64,000 nt of DNA. It comes from an uncultured Armatimonadia bacterium (GTDB lineage Bacteria > Armatimonadota > Zipacnadia > CAVVLO01). The stretch is taken from assembly GCA_963749155.1 (NCBI GenBank), contig CAVVLO010000002.1:224001-288000 (forward strand), in the 5' to 3' direction. Position numbers and translations under genes: made by a program. The notes beneath the pieces were generated by a model. The model was not told the DNA's origin. It searched no databases and worked only from the letters and a program-made list of their open reading frames with translations. Position 1 is the first letter of the stretch; every line of letters starts with the position of its first letter. Positions 20,156-29,892 of the stretch are shown piece by piece.

Positions 20156-21526
20156 CTACTCGTAGCCGAACTCGCGTTCAACTTCGCTGATGGACTCCTC
20201 GATTATATCCATGCCTTTGGCGGCCAGCTCAAGGCTCATCACAATCGGGGGAGACATCCGCAATATATGCCCTGCCGGCACCCAGGCCAGCCCCTTGCTG
20301 AAGGCGCGTTGATATACCAGCTTGCCCGCCTCGTTGAAGGGTTCCTTTGTGGCTTTGTCTTTCACTAGTTCGACCCCAAGCAGGCAACCCTTGCCCCGGG
20401 CGTCACCCACAATGGGATGATCCGCAATCAGCGCTTTCAAGCGACCATCGAAATACTTGCCCAAAAGCTGCGCGTTCTCGAGTAGCCCCTCCTCTTCGAT
20501 CGCTTCGATGCTCGCCAGTGCTGCCGCGCAGGCCATCGGATTACCACCATAACTCGTTGAGGCGGAAATCTTTTCTATCGCGTCCTTATACCGCTCTGAC
20601 ACCAGCATCGCGGTTACAGGGAAGCCATTACCAAAACCTTTCCCCAGAGTCACAACATCGGCTCTGGTATCCCAGTGCTCCATCGCCAAATAGGTACCCG
20701 TGCGTCCCATACTGGTAAGCACTTCGTCCGCGAAGAGCAGGATGCCTCGTGCATCACAAAAAGCTCTCAGCTTGGGGAAGAAGTCATCCGGCGGGAAGAT
20801 AGAGCCGGCCCAACCCTGGATAGGCTCCAGTACGAAAGCCGCCACCTGACCTGTAGTGGCCTGTTCGATAAACTCGCCAAAGAAGCTTATATACGCGTCG
20901 GTGTCGATCGTCCCATCGGCTTTCTTCCACATCGGGCGATAAGGATCAGGACGCGGCACCATATAAAAGCCCTGAGCCCTGCCTGTCCCGCTTGTTGAGT
21001 TCATTTTGGCCAGGCTAATGGAGTGGCCGGTCTTCCCGTGGAAATCCATAAAGCATGAGATAAACTCATGCTTGCCCGTCGCGGCGCGACAGACTCTTAG
21101 TCCCGCTTCGACTGCCGTTGTCCCACTGTCATACAACTGGATTCCCGTCAGGTCCCAGGGCTGGATTTGGGCCAGCTTCTCAAGCAACTCGACTTTTATC
21201 GGCGTGTTGAAGTCGTGACAGTTCATCAGCGTGTTTGCGTAATGAGCCACAGCCTCGCTCACCTTGGGATGACAATGCCCCAAAGTCGTGACGTAGATGC
21301 CACTTGAGAAGTCGAGATAAGTGTTGCCATCTACATCGGTCAGTGTGACGCCATGACCCTTCTCGAATACCACGGGGAAAAGTTTCACCTGGCCAGAATA
21401 GCCAATCATCAGCTTCATCCCGCGCCCGTTAAGCTCCTGCGAGCGAGGGCCGGGCAGTTCTGAAGTAACCAGATGAGGGAGTGCGGCTGGGTTCACTTTG
21501 GCCCATTCAATATTGATCGTAGCCAT
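20156..21526 (-). CDS. Class III PLP-dependent aminotransferase
   Basis: TDVDGNTYLDF, FVLEPIQG, LLFADEVLTSMGRTG, TLGKGFGNGFP, TSYGGNP. Start at MATINIEW with RBS AGGAG. Confidence 0.92.
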   Translation of the reverse strand: MATINIEWAKVNPAALPHLVTSELPGPRSQELNGRGMKLMIGYSGQVKLFPVVFEKGHGVTLTDVDGNTYLDFSSGIYVTTLGHCHPKVSEAVAHYANTLMNCHDFNTPIKVELLEKLAQIQPWDLTGIQLYDSGTTAVEAGLRVCRAATGKHEFISCFMDFHGKTGHSISLAKMNSTSGTGRAQGFYMVPRPDPYRPMWKKADGTIDTDAYISFFGEFIEQATTGQVAAFVLEPIQGWAGSIFPPDDFFPKLRAFCDARGILLFADEVLTSMGRTGTYLAMEHWDTRADVVTLGKGFGNGFPVTAMLVSERYKDAIEKISASTSYGGNPMACAAALASIEAIEEEGLLENAQLLGKYFDGRLKALIADHPIVGDARGKGCLLGVELVKDKATKEPFNEAGKLVYQRAFSKGLAWVPAGHILRMSPPIVMSLELAAKGMDIIEESISEVEREFGYE

Positions 21527-21546
21527 CGCTTGCTCCTGTGTGTGTT

Positions 21547-21676
21547 TATGTTCGATAAACTTGCAGGTTCGCGCCTTTATCGTAACGGTGGCCTGCATCA
21601 CTGTCAAGCACTTTTTTTCATAAATGGTCTTGACAGTAACCCTTATCGGGCTTACCATTGGTGTTCGAAGCGAACA
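21547..21676. promoter_or_regulatory. Back-to-back sigma70 promoters with DeoR/GlpR-type operators
   Basis: Minus strand TTGACA(21607-21602)-N17-TACGAT(21584-21579); plus strand TTGACA(21630-21635)-N17-TACCAT(21653-21658); IR TGTTCG-AAG-CGAACA (21662-21676) and TATGTTCGAT (21547-21556). Confidence 0.75.
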
Positions 21677-21690
21677 GTATGGAGGGCCCT

Positions 21691-22449
21691 ATGAGAACAA
21701 GACACGCCAGACTCCTCGAAGAGCTTAAACGCGCCGGTCAGCTCCGGGTTGCCGATGTCGCCAAGCGTTACGATGTGTCTACAATGACCATCCGGCGCGA
21801 CCTGGAAGAACTCGAAGAGCAAGGCCTTGTTGTTCGCACCCACGGCGGCGCAGTTCCCGCGGGGCGAGTTCGTTTACTCGGTTGGTCAGGCCCCTCAGGC
21901 GCGACCTCACCGACCAAGGCGGCAATCGGTGCCCTGGGCGCCTCCCTTGTCGAACCTGGCCAGACAGTGATGATTGACACCGGCACGACCGCGCTGGAAG
22001 TCGCCCGGCATCTCCCTCAAAATATCGGCCTTACCATTGCTACAACCTCTCTGCTCGTCGCGCAGGAACTCTATGCCAGCTCTATTGGCGTGCTGCTGCT
22101 GGGTGGACTGCTTCGCCGCGAGTTCCCAAGTCTTTATGGCCCCGTCACCGAATCCAACCTTATGGACCTGCACGTGGATATCGGTTTTGTAGGATGCGAT
22201 GGCGCCGATAGCGCTACTGGTTTCTACACCGCCGACGTGCATCTCTCCAATCTCGAACGCCAGATGGTCGAAGCCGCTGACAAGCGCGTGGTAGTTACCG
22301 AGAGCGCCAAGTTCGCCAGGCGCGCTTTTGTCCGGTATGCAGGGATAGAAGAACTGCATCTGCTCGTGACTGACCCTGCGCTCTCACCTGAAGACCATTC
22401 TCGCCTTGAAGAACGTGGGCTGAAGATTCTCTATACCGATGGAGAGTGA
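21691..22449 (+). CDS. DeoR/GlpR-family transcriptional regulator
   Basis: VSTMTIRRDLEELE..RTHGGA HTH; IDTGTT sensor domain; RBS GGAGG before ATG 21691. Confidence 0.92.
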   Translation: MRTRHARLLEELKRAGQLRVADVAKRYDVSTMTIRRDLEELEEQGLVVRTHGGAVPAGRVRLLGWSGPSGATSPTKAAIGALGASLVEPGQTVMIDTGTTALEVARHLPQNIGLTIATTSLLVAQELYASSIGVLLLGGLLRREFPSLYGPVTESNLMDLHVDIGFVGCDGADSATGFYTADVHLSNLERQMVEAADKRVVVTESAKFARRAFVRYAGIEELHLLVTDPALSPEDHSRLEERGLKILYTDGE

Positions 22450-22929
22450 TCCAGTTGGGCAAATATGACGAAGTTGAGGTCCTGGGCCCCAAGCGTGAGC
22501 AGGTCATCGCCGAGGTCAAAGCCCAGATCGCCGAGTGGGGCCTCACGATGCCTTCTGTAGAGCCTCTCCCTCTCCACTTCGGCCTGCACGATTTCCGTGT
22601 GACGGGCGAGACCGAGTTCTGGGTGGCCAATGAGGAGGAGGCCGGCTGATTGCGGCAAGTTCCTTTTCGTCTTCGATGGCCAGACCTGCCCTTACCACCA
22701 GCACGTGATGAAGAAGGAGACTTTCTTCGTCCTCAAGGGCCAGGTGCGGATGAAGGTCGGCGAGGAAGAGCGGGTCCTTTCCGAGGGCGATCTGCTGACG
22801 ATGCCGCCTGGTGTCGCGCACAGTTTCACTGGCCTCGGCCCGGCCCTGCTGCTCGAGGTCTCGATGCCCTCAATCCTGCAGGATAACTTCTTCGCCGACA
22901 AGCGGATAGGCGAGGACGGCGTCATCTAG
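22446..22929 (+). CDS. D-lyxose/D-mannose-isomerase-like cupin (1-nt insertion at ~22648)
   Basis: ETEFWVANEEEAG and CGKFLFVFDGQTCPYHQH..KKETFF..GVAHSF..LLLEVS lie in two frames. Deleting the G of GGC-TGAT-TGC restores G-Y-C. Confidence 0.8.
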
Positions 22930-22953
22930 CGCGTCCTACCTCAACGCAAAGCG

Positions 22954-22989
22954 AAGCCCCGGAGCACGAAGCCCCGGGGCTTGTTTCTT
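22954..22989. terminator. Rho-independent terminator, probably bidirectional
   Basis: AAGCCCCGG...CCGGGGCTT stem followed by a T-rich tail, between convergent genes. Confidence 0.7.
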
Positions 22990-23007
22990 CGCATGCGAGA
23001 ACCGCGA

Positions 23008-24426
23008 CTACCAATCGAGCCAGAGGATGCGGAAGGAGTCACCGATATCGAAAGTGCGGCCAGGCCCTTCATCATGTGCCGTTCTCATCGCGACAGAATC
23101 CGGGCTGTAAACCGCCAGGGACGGCAGGGCCCCCTCGGTCACTGGTGGGCCCAGCACTGCTCGCCCACCGACCAAGTCGAAGATGGACGGCCAGGAGCCG
23201 CCTGGGGAGAGCCGGCACGAGTAGGCCCTCAACTGCCAGTTGCCGTCCTGGCAGTATGCCAGGAAATGGCCACCGGACGGCATATCCGCGCCTTGCGCTA
23301 TCAACTCGCTCTTGAAGTGCCGCTGTATCTCCACCAGCAAGTAGCGCCCATCGTCCGACCATTCCACCGGCCTTTCGTTTGACTGACCCCAGCCGTTACT
23401 CTCCCAGCCTGCCGGGAAGGGCACAGAGGGCAGCGGACCCGGTGGCAGCCACACATTTTCGCCCTCGGCGTTGGCTGGTGGCCAGAGTCCTATGCAGCCT
23501 GAACCATCTGGTCGGGCAACAAAAGCACCTGCCCAAGATTCCTCAGGATTCACCGCTGTGAAGGCGACCCACTCGCCATCGGGGCTCCACTGCGGCGCCA
23601 TCTCTGTCACAGTGTCGGGCAAGCCGGTGAGCCGTTCAGGCTTCCACCAGGCACTGCTCATCCCAGTGTCCGCGAAACACGTCTGATGCTCCTTTCTCTC
23701 GGCCTTCGACCGGGAGCGATAGGTGTATAGCTTGCTGTGCTCATTGCCGAGTCCGTAGGGCAGAAACGGAGCTTCTTGAACGACGATCCCAGAGCTGTTG
23801 GGCGCATAGTCCATATCGCGGACGATGAGCAGGTCAGACCACTCGACATCTGTTGCGTAGTGCTCGCTGATCGGTTTACGCAGGGCCAACACCGGTGGCA
23901 GGGGCAGGAGAACCCAATCGACTGCTGCCTCGTCTTCTGGTAGTTCGGGCGCGGTCTGCATAACCAGATAGGTGAACTGACCGATCCGGTCGGACACCGC
24001 AACGGCCAGCAGTGTGCCATCCGCGGTCCACCTCAGTTGCGCCTCAGGCGCGCGGAGAGCGCGATCCCAGCGCGTGCTCAGCGGCGAGAGGACGCACCAG
24101 GCCCTGCCGTCAGTCCTTGCGACGAACACAGACCCCAGGTTTAGATACGCGAAGTATGTGTGAGCAGGATTCCACACAGGCCGCTCTCCGTTGCGGAAGA
24201 GCAGCTTGGGCTCAGGATTCTCGGCAAAGGGATCCAGGGCGTAGATGCCCGAGGGCCGCTTGCCGGAGGGGTCCTCGAGCTGCACTAGCATCTCCCGGCC
24301 GGTCAGCGGGCCATCGAAGGGCGCGGCGCGGTCGAACACCGTTGAAGGTTGGCAGCCAGCAATACTCGAGACAGCCATCGTGAAACCGAGTGCTATGCGC
24401 ACTAGCATTAAGGAATTTGTCGCCAT
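23008..24426 (-). CDS. Lipoprotein with TolB/PD40-like beta-propeller repeats
   Basis: Lipobox IAG-C; repeats PVWNP, RWTADG, PQWSPDGEWVAF, EWSDDGRYL. Confidence 0.65.
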   Translation of the reverse strand: MATNSLMLVRIALGFTMAVSSIAGCQPSTVFDRAAPFDGPLTGREMLVQLEDPSGKRPSGIYALDPFAENPEPKLLFRNGERPVWNPAHTYFAYLNLGSVFVARTDGRAWCVLSPLSTRWDRALRAPEAQLRWTADGTLLAVAVSDRIGQFTYLVMQTAPELPEDEAAVDWVLLPLPPVLALRKPISEHYATDVEWSDLLIVRDMDYAPNSSGIVVQEAPFLPYGLGNEHSKLYTYRSRSKAERKEHQTCFADTGMSSAWWKPERLTGLPDTVTEMAPQWSPDGEWVAFTAVNPEESWAGAFVARPDGSGCIGLWPPANAEGENVWLPPGPLPSVPFPAGWESNGWGQSNERPVEWSDDGRYLLVEIQRHFKSELIAQGADMPSGGHFLAYCQDGNWQLRAYSCRLSPGGSWPSIFDLVGGRAVLGPPVTEGALPSLAVYSPDSVAMRTAHDEGPGRTFDIGDSFRILWLDW

Positions 24427-26837
24427 TTAGGCACGTCACACATCCCTTGGATATCGCGGATCTCCTCAAGACTGCACCATGGGAGCCCGTTAGTGCCGAC
24501 GTTATAGAGAAGTGCCTTGAACTCTTCGCAGATCTCTGCGCGGATGGCACAAGTAGTCCTATTCACTGCGCAGTGCCAGAACCTCTCCGACGCCGCATGT
24601 GTTATTTCGTGTAAAGCAATGTTGGTTGCGGCATACCTCCTGTCTGCCCACTCAATGTCTGCAGCTGCGAGGAAGTCCGGTAGCTGCAAGGTGTTGAGCG
24701 CACATATGCCAGGGTTGTCTGGCTGCGCATTACGCCACGCCCCTGCACTGTGGTGCACGTTAACTTGCTGGAGCACCTTCCAGAACTTAGGCCGCGGGGG
24801 CTTATTCTGGGCAACAGTGCTCAAGTTCACCGGCGCAACGAACAAGCCAGTCCATATCACCGTCTTTATGGTGTCGTACACGATGTGTTCTGGTTCCTCA
24901 TTCGGTTTCGCGATCCACTCGCCGGCTTTGGCGAAAGCCTTATGCGCCGCGATCTGGGTCGCAGACAACAGCTTGATCGCGTGAGGCCCGCCGAGTACAA
25001 ACGGTACCGTCTCTATCTCGCCCTCTGTCCAGCCCATTTGGAAGAAACGAACGCCAATTTCTCGAAACTGAGCCTCTACCCACGGCCAGTCGATGAGATA
25101 CGTTGACCAGATAGGACCCCAGTTCAGACTGTCTAAGTAGACATACAACACCTGCGGTTTTGTCTTGGAGTTCAACGCCAGGGCCTGCCGGTCCCGGTGA
25201 TCTCTGTACTCTATGGCATGGCCGTCAGTGCATTCAAGCACAAACAAGTAAGTGCCGCCCTTGTCGAACAGCGCAGTTGGTACTCCAAGGTACAGTCCGT
25301 GGGTGCTGCCGGTGGAGCTTGCCGTAAGACCGTCTTGCGCATCGTGCAGCGCACACTCAAGCGAGGCTACGTCCCATGAACCACGAAGCTGCATTTCGCT
25401 ATCGTACAGCCAGATTCGCCCCGCTTCGGCATCTGCATCCATGGCGTCTTTCAGCGCATACCAGCGTATGTAGTAGTAACTGACATCATCAGACGCATCA
25501 TCAGGTGTGCCGTTATCTACCTGCGCTTCGAACTCAACATCAAGAATGGGCTGCCCGTTCTCATCCAGCGCCCTTAGGATCGAGAGATATGGGCTGTTCA
25601 ACGCGATGCCGTCAGTGATCTGGAGTTCTGGGTACTCGTTGTCCTGGTCTTGCTGGGACACTTCGACATTGTAGGCGTAGGTCCACGGATCCACATACTC
25701 GCCTGCATCGTCCTTGCCGTCCCAGTTGAACACGTGCATGGCTCCAGTAACGCCAGTCTTAACCATAGTCCTGATAGGGGTGCGGTTGGTGGCATCTGAG
25801 ACACCTGTGTCATAGAGCTTCAGAGTCACGTTCATCAGGTCATTGAGGTCGTTGTCGGCGAGTTCTACGGTGATGGGGATGGTAGTGCTTGGCGTGCCAT
25901 CCCACCCAACCACCGGGGCTGGCGTTACCGTCTCGATAGTCACGTTCTTGACAGTCCGCGTGGTCTCGGCTTCCGCCTCCAACTGGCCAGTCAGTCCACC
26001 CACCAGGTAGCTGACGACAGTCGCCGTCAGCGCGTGGGGGCCGTTGTGGGTGGTCGTCGTTGTCCAGTTGACTCTGTACACAGCAGTAGTTACGCCGTCA
26101 GTCGTGCTGGAGGTTTCAAGTATCGCGGGTGGCCCATTGGTGACGTGGATGACGGGGCACTCGTGGAGCTCGGTCTGCTCCTGGGCATCGAGTGCCAGCG
26201 TTGCCACTATGCAGCCCCGGGTCACGACCTCGAGCTTGATGGGGGCTATCCCACCGAGCGTGCCACTTCCGATGAAGCTTACTTCACAGAGAGGCTTCTT
26301 GAGACTAATCATATCGCCGGCAGGGGCATCGTCACGCGATCCTGTGGCGGGCGGCGTGACAGTCGCTACATCATCAGCCGTGCATATGATCACCACGTCA
26401 TCGTTGTTGGTAAACTCTGCCGGCGCCTGCCAGTTAACGGTGGCTCCAGTGTTGCCGTTGGGGAAGGCGCCCTCTGAAGCAGACCATGTGTAGGTTAATG
26501 TGTCAGCGAATGCGGCGGCCATGCCGTTCAGCAAGCATTGGTCCAGATCTGAGCCGATCGCAGTGCACTGGGTGGTCGTGCCCGGCCCGGCGACCATACC
26601 ATCAGAAGGGGCCATGATGCTGACCGTGATAGGGGTGCCAGGACTCCACTCGCCAGAACCACTCGGTGGCGGAGGAGGAGGTGGTGGTGGTGGCAGGAGT
26701 GGCGGTATCTGCGCAATCGCTGGCATAACGGAGAGGGCGAGTAGCGCCAAGCTAATCAGCGCTACAATTGGAAAGAGGCTTCTTCCTCCGCCCCTTCGGG
26801 GGGGGGGGGGGGGGGCTACTTGGGGCCTTTGTTTCAT
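24408..26837 (-). CDS. Secreted Ig-like/FlgD-domain protein with a C-terminal zincin (HExxH) domain
   Basis: Signal peptide and poly-Pro linker; TYTWSAS..GATVNWQAP (PKD-like); FNWDGKDDAGEYV (FlgD-Ig); NIALHEITHAASERFWHC. Start ATG 26837 with RBS AGAGGAG. Confidence 0.65.
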   Translation of the reverse strand: MKQRPQVAPPPPPRRGGGRSLFPIVALISLALLALSVMPAIAQIPPLLPPPPPPPPPPSGSGEWSPGTPITVSIMAPSDGMVAGPGTTTQCTAIGSDLDQCLLNGMAAAFADTLTYTWSASEGAFPNGNTGATVNWQAPAEFTNNDDVVIICTADDVATVTPPATGSRDDAPAGDMISLKKPLCEVSFIGSGTLGGIAPIKLEVVTRGCIVATLALDAQEQTELHECPVIHVTNGPPAILETSSTTDGVTTAVYRVNWTTTTTHNGPHALTATVVSYLVGGLTGQLEAEAETTRTVKNVTIETVTPAPVVGWDGTPSTTIPITVELADNDLNDLMNVTLKLYDTGVSDATNRTPIRTMVKTGVTGAMHVFNWDGKDDAGEYVDPWTYAYNVEVSQQDQDNEYPELQITDGIALNSPYLSILRALDENGQPILDVEFEAQVDNGTPDDASDDVSYYYIRWYALKDAMDADAEAGRIWLYDSEMQLRGSWDVASLECALHDAQDGLTASSTGSTHGLYLGVPTALFDKGGTYLFVLECTDGHAIEYRDHRDRQALALNSKTKPQVLYVYLDSLNWGPIWSTYLIDWPWVEAQFREIGVRFFQMGWTEGEIETVPFVLGGPHAIKLLSATQIAAHKAFAKAGEWIAKPNEEPEHIVYDTIKTVIWTGLFVAPVNLSTVAQNKPPRPKFWKVLQQVNVHHSAGAWRNAQPDNPGICALNTLQLPDFLAAADIEWADRRYAATNIALHEITHAASERFWHCAVNRTTCAIRAEICEEFKALLYNVGTNGLPWCSLEEIRDIQGMCDVPKWRQIP
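26798..26815. repeat. G18 homopolymer (C18 on the coding strand) near the start of the zincin gene
   Basis: Eighteen consecutive G counted directly; they fall in codons ~8-14. Confidence 0.9.
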
Positions 26838-26914
26838 TGGCAACTCCTCTTGAGTCAAAGATGATGAGTCTTCGCTGCTTCGAGTGTCGCTTCGCCCCGG
26901 CCAAAGGGTGCGTG

Positions 26915-26959
26915 CTGGACGTCCAGATTTATCTTATCGCGAACCTATCCAACTGTCAA
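26915..26959 (-). promoter_or_regulatory. Sigma70 promoter with an adjacent 12-bp palindrome
   Basis: TTGACA(26959-26954)-N17-TAAGAT(26936-26931), with AT-rich upstream DNA; perfect palindrome CTGGACGTCCAG at 26915-26926. Confidence 0.65.
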
Positions 26960-27131
26960 TAACTTAATATGGTATATCTCTTTGTGCAAAGATTGTTATA
27001 TATTTTTGCAGTCCGGTATGCTGGTTTCGGGAGCGAAGATCCCGAAACACGCCAGCGAAAGGTAGGGGCGGCGGGCTAGCACTCCTGCCTTCCCACTCTC
27101 GCTTCCTGGCTGTTTCGAGGCTAGCCAGTTG

Positions 27132-28407
27132 CTAGCCCAGCGGATACCTTCCCCCTTCGACCAGCGCTTCGAACATCGCCACGACGTTCTCGGTGGGGGT
27201 CCGGGCCTGGATATTGTGGATGGCGTTGAAGACGAACCCGCCCCCTGGGCCGAATATCCGCAGTCGCTGCTTCACTTCCTCGCGCACCTGCTCGGGGGTG
27301 CCGAAGGGTAAGGTCTTCTGCGTGTCTACACCGCCACCCCAGAAGGTCGAGCCGGCTGCCATACTTTGCCTTCAGCTCGCGAGGCTCCATACAAGCCGCC
27401 GAGCACTGCACCGGATTGAAGATATCGAAGCCGGCGTCCAGGAAGTCTTCGATAAGCGCCTCGACCGAACCGCAAGAGTGGATTAACGCCTTCCAGCCTG
27501 TATGCTCGTGAACCCAGTCGCACACTCGTTTGTGGAAGGGCTTGAACAGCTTGCGATAAGCCGCCACCGAGATGAAGGGCGCGTTCTGCGTGCCGAAGTC
27601 CGTGCCTGTCACAAACACCGCCGCCACGCGTTCGCCAACCACCTGATGTATCCGGGCCAGGTTCTGTATGCCAATCTCGCACTGGCGCTCGAAGACCTCC
27701 CAGACATAGTCCTCGCGCATTATGGTGCTGACATACCATTCCTCGATATCGCGGATGCCTTTGGGATGTTTTAGCCAGGGCGCTGGTACGAGGGCAATGT
27801 CACCAAAACTGGTGCCGCCAAAACTGCCTACCAGCGCGCGTGAGGTCTTCGTCCAGAGGCGCTCTGCCTCGCAAGCAAACCAGTTCAGGTCATCATCGCT
27901 TATCGGCCCGAACTCTTCGAGGTTGTCGGCAGGGTCGAGAGCGTCATCATCGATTGGTTCTTGCCGCACGATTGAATCCACATACCAGCCTTCCGCTGGC
28001 AGTTTGCCACTGGGCGCAACTGACTTGTCACCTTCGGGGTAGAGCAGCAGGCTGCCATCTGGCTCGGGCTCGGTGTTAAAGCCCTCAGGCACCAGCAGGG
28101 GCGTGCCATCGTGGAAAGTCCACGGCTTCCACCCTTTGTTAGCGAAGCCGTAGAGAGTCTTCCTGCCTTCCAAAGGTACGGTATCAATACCAAGGGCATC
28201 TCTGAGGTCATCGTCGATCTCGCCAAGCAACTGGAAAGGCTCAACGACCTTGATGGGAGTACCTGGCGCGTCCAGGCCAAGAGCCTGACGCAACTTGTAG
28301 ATGGTAGTAGCATGCATACCGGTGACGGCAGTTGCGCCGAAATCCACTGGCACGCGGTCCGGCTCGCTGTGGTTGAGAGCTAGCGTGACTCGTTCTCTTG
28401 AGGTCAT
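27132..28407 (-). CDS. Uroporphyrinogen decarboxylase/MtaA-family protein (1-nt insertion at ~27348)
   Basis: EPDRVPVDFG, TGTDFGTQ, IHSCG, FNPVQ. The C-terminus TFWGGGVDTQ..GGFVFNAIHNIQ lies in ORF 27132-27362. Confidence 0.85.
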
Positions 28408-28422
28408 TTGGTGTCTCCTCCT

Positions 28423-29892
28423 TTACCTGCTGGGAAGTATCTCGACAGGACCAAAACAGGGCGCGGCCATATCGTCCGCGTCGGTGACATTGCAGTAGGG
28501 GTTGCAGCCTGCGCCGTACCACAGCACTGTGCCCTCCGGCAGCGGTGCCGCAGCCCAAAGCACGATGCGATTTGGATGATCGGCATCGAAAGTAGCGTTG
28601 TAGAGGGCATCCAGGTCATCGCTGGTGAACGAATTACGCAACCTGAAACCTGCTGGCATCCCCTGCGAGGTCAGGCGTCCCTCTACCCCTTCAAATTCAA
28701 CGAATATCCGGGAGCCGACAGAATCGCCATACTTGACCTGAGCAAGGCGCAGCTCGGTTTTTGGCGGCAGAGAGCCGTCCACCAGCGGCGCGGCGACGCG
28801 AGCGATACGTCTGCCGAGTCTGAGCTGGCCCTCCCATCCGATGTGGATGGGATCAGACAAGTCGAGGTCAATGGCTGGCACCACTCGCAGATTTGAGATG
28901 GCCTCCGGCAGCCGGCGTTGCATATCGCGGAAACGCTCCCAGGGGCCATCGAAGCCGGGGTCGAGCTGCGCCCAACGCCCAAGCTGCACCATCACGACAG
29001 GCGCCTCGGACGTTGCGAACTCGGTACGGAAGGCGCGCGCCAGCGCATCGAAGCGCCTGCCATACCGGCCATAGCGAAATTCGTCCAGGTCAGAATCGGT
29101 AAACTCGGGCTCGAAGTCGGGCATCCGGGCATCAGATTCACCCTGGTACCACACGAGCCCCCTCACGTGGCCGCCGGCCAGGTTGATCTGGCGTTCCATA
29201 AAGTCGTAGAAGTTACCGCCCTTTTCGCTGCGCTTGTCCGGATCCCATTCGGCGATGGCACTTCCGCCATAGGCGGTAGGGATCAGCCCAACTGGTACAC
29301 CGGTCTGCTGCACCATTGATTTGGCGAAGCTATAGCCAGCGTCCATCCCTCCCCAGGGAGTGCCTTCTTCCGAGGCCGCGCGGTTGGCAGCTAGTTGTTT
29401 GTCTGTAAGCTGATAAACGGTGTGGTGATGCAACTCGAAGAAGGGGTGGTCGGCCTCAAACAGGCGATGGAGAGGGGGCACTGCGGGTTGCCACTGACCA
29501 CTCATCCCCAACATATTGACCTCAGGCAGGGCAGGGAGCTGCTCGAGGATGGGCGCAAGCCCCTGCATATTTGACTGGCCTGCAAGCACCCACAGGTCGC
29601 CCACCAGCACATGGGCAAGGCCAAGGGCAAGCTCCTCACCAGCGAGCAAGGTCACTTCATAAGGGCCACCGACAGGTAGCCCCTCAATCTGCAGGAAAAC
29701 TCCCTCACCCGAGAGTGCCTGGTCAAGCAGCGCGCCGTCCGGCCCGATAATCTTCACCTGCGTGATGCCCGCGGGAGCTTCCAGCGCGCAACTGGCCTGG
29801 TCTTCTTCATCGCGTTGCAGCACCTGATAATCGGCCGTAAGCTCGGTGACGCCGGCCTGCAACTCGTTAACCAATCTTGCGCTCGGATTCAT
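28423..29892 (-). CDS. Sialate O-acetylesterase-like (SASA/SGNH) protein
   Basis: VGDLWVLAGQSNM, GGSAIAEW, VWYQGESD, DPIH. Confidence 0.85.
   Translation of the reverse strand: MNPSARLVNELQAGVTELTADYQVLQRDEEDQASCALEAPAGITQVKIIGPDGALLDQALSGEGVFLQIEGLPVGGPYEVTLLAGEELALGLAHVLVGDLWVLAGQSNMQGLAPILEQLPALPEVNMLGMSGQWQPAVPPLHRLFEADHPFFELHHHTVYQLTDKQLAANRAASEEGTPWGGMDAGYSFAKSMVQQTGVPVGLIPTAYGGSAIAEWDPDKRSEKGGNFYDFMERQINLAGGHVRGLVWYQGESDARMPDFEPEFTDSDLDEFRYGRYGRRFDALARAFRTEFATSEAPVVMVQLGRWAQLDPGFDGPWERFRDMQRRLPEAISNLRVVPAIDLDLSDPIHIGWEGQLRLGRRIARVAAPLVDGSLPPKTELRLAQVKYGDSVGSRIFVEFEGVEGRLTSQGMPAGFRLRNSFTSDDLDALYNATFDADHPNRIVLWAAAPLPEGTVLWYGAGCNPYCNVTDADDMAAPCFGPVEILPSR

Noticed and set aside
21601..21637. 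Inverted repeat CTGTCAAG...CTTGACAG as a transposon end or operator
   Set aside because: It is the pair of -35 TTGACA boxes of the two divergent promoters.
22647..22649. TGA inside the cupin gene as possible selenocysteine or readthrough
   Set aside because: The downstream conserved sequence is in a different frame. Removing one G gives the expected G-Y-C-G-K, so this is an indel rather than an in-frame stop.
26666..26704. GGA/GGT triplet repeat
   Set aside because: It simply encodes the poly-proline linker with mixed codons.
27020..27056. Hairpin GTTTCGGGA-N7-TCCCGAAAC as a REP element or riboswitch
   Set aside because: Single copy, with only a 9-nt partial match at 32337. Adequately explained as a 3' stem-loop of the upstream operon.
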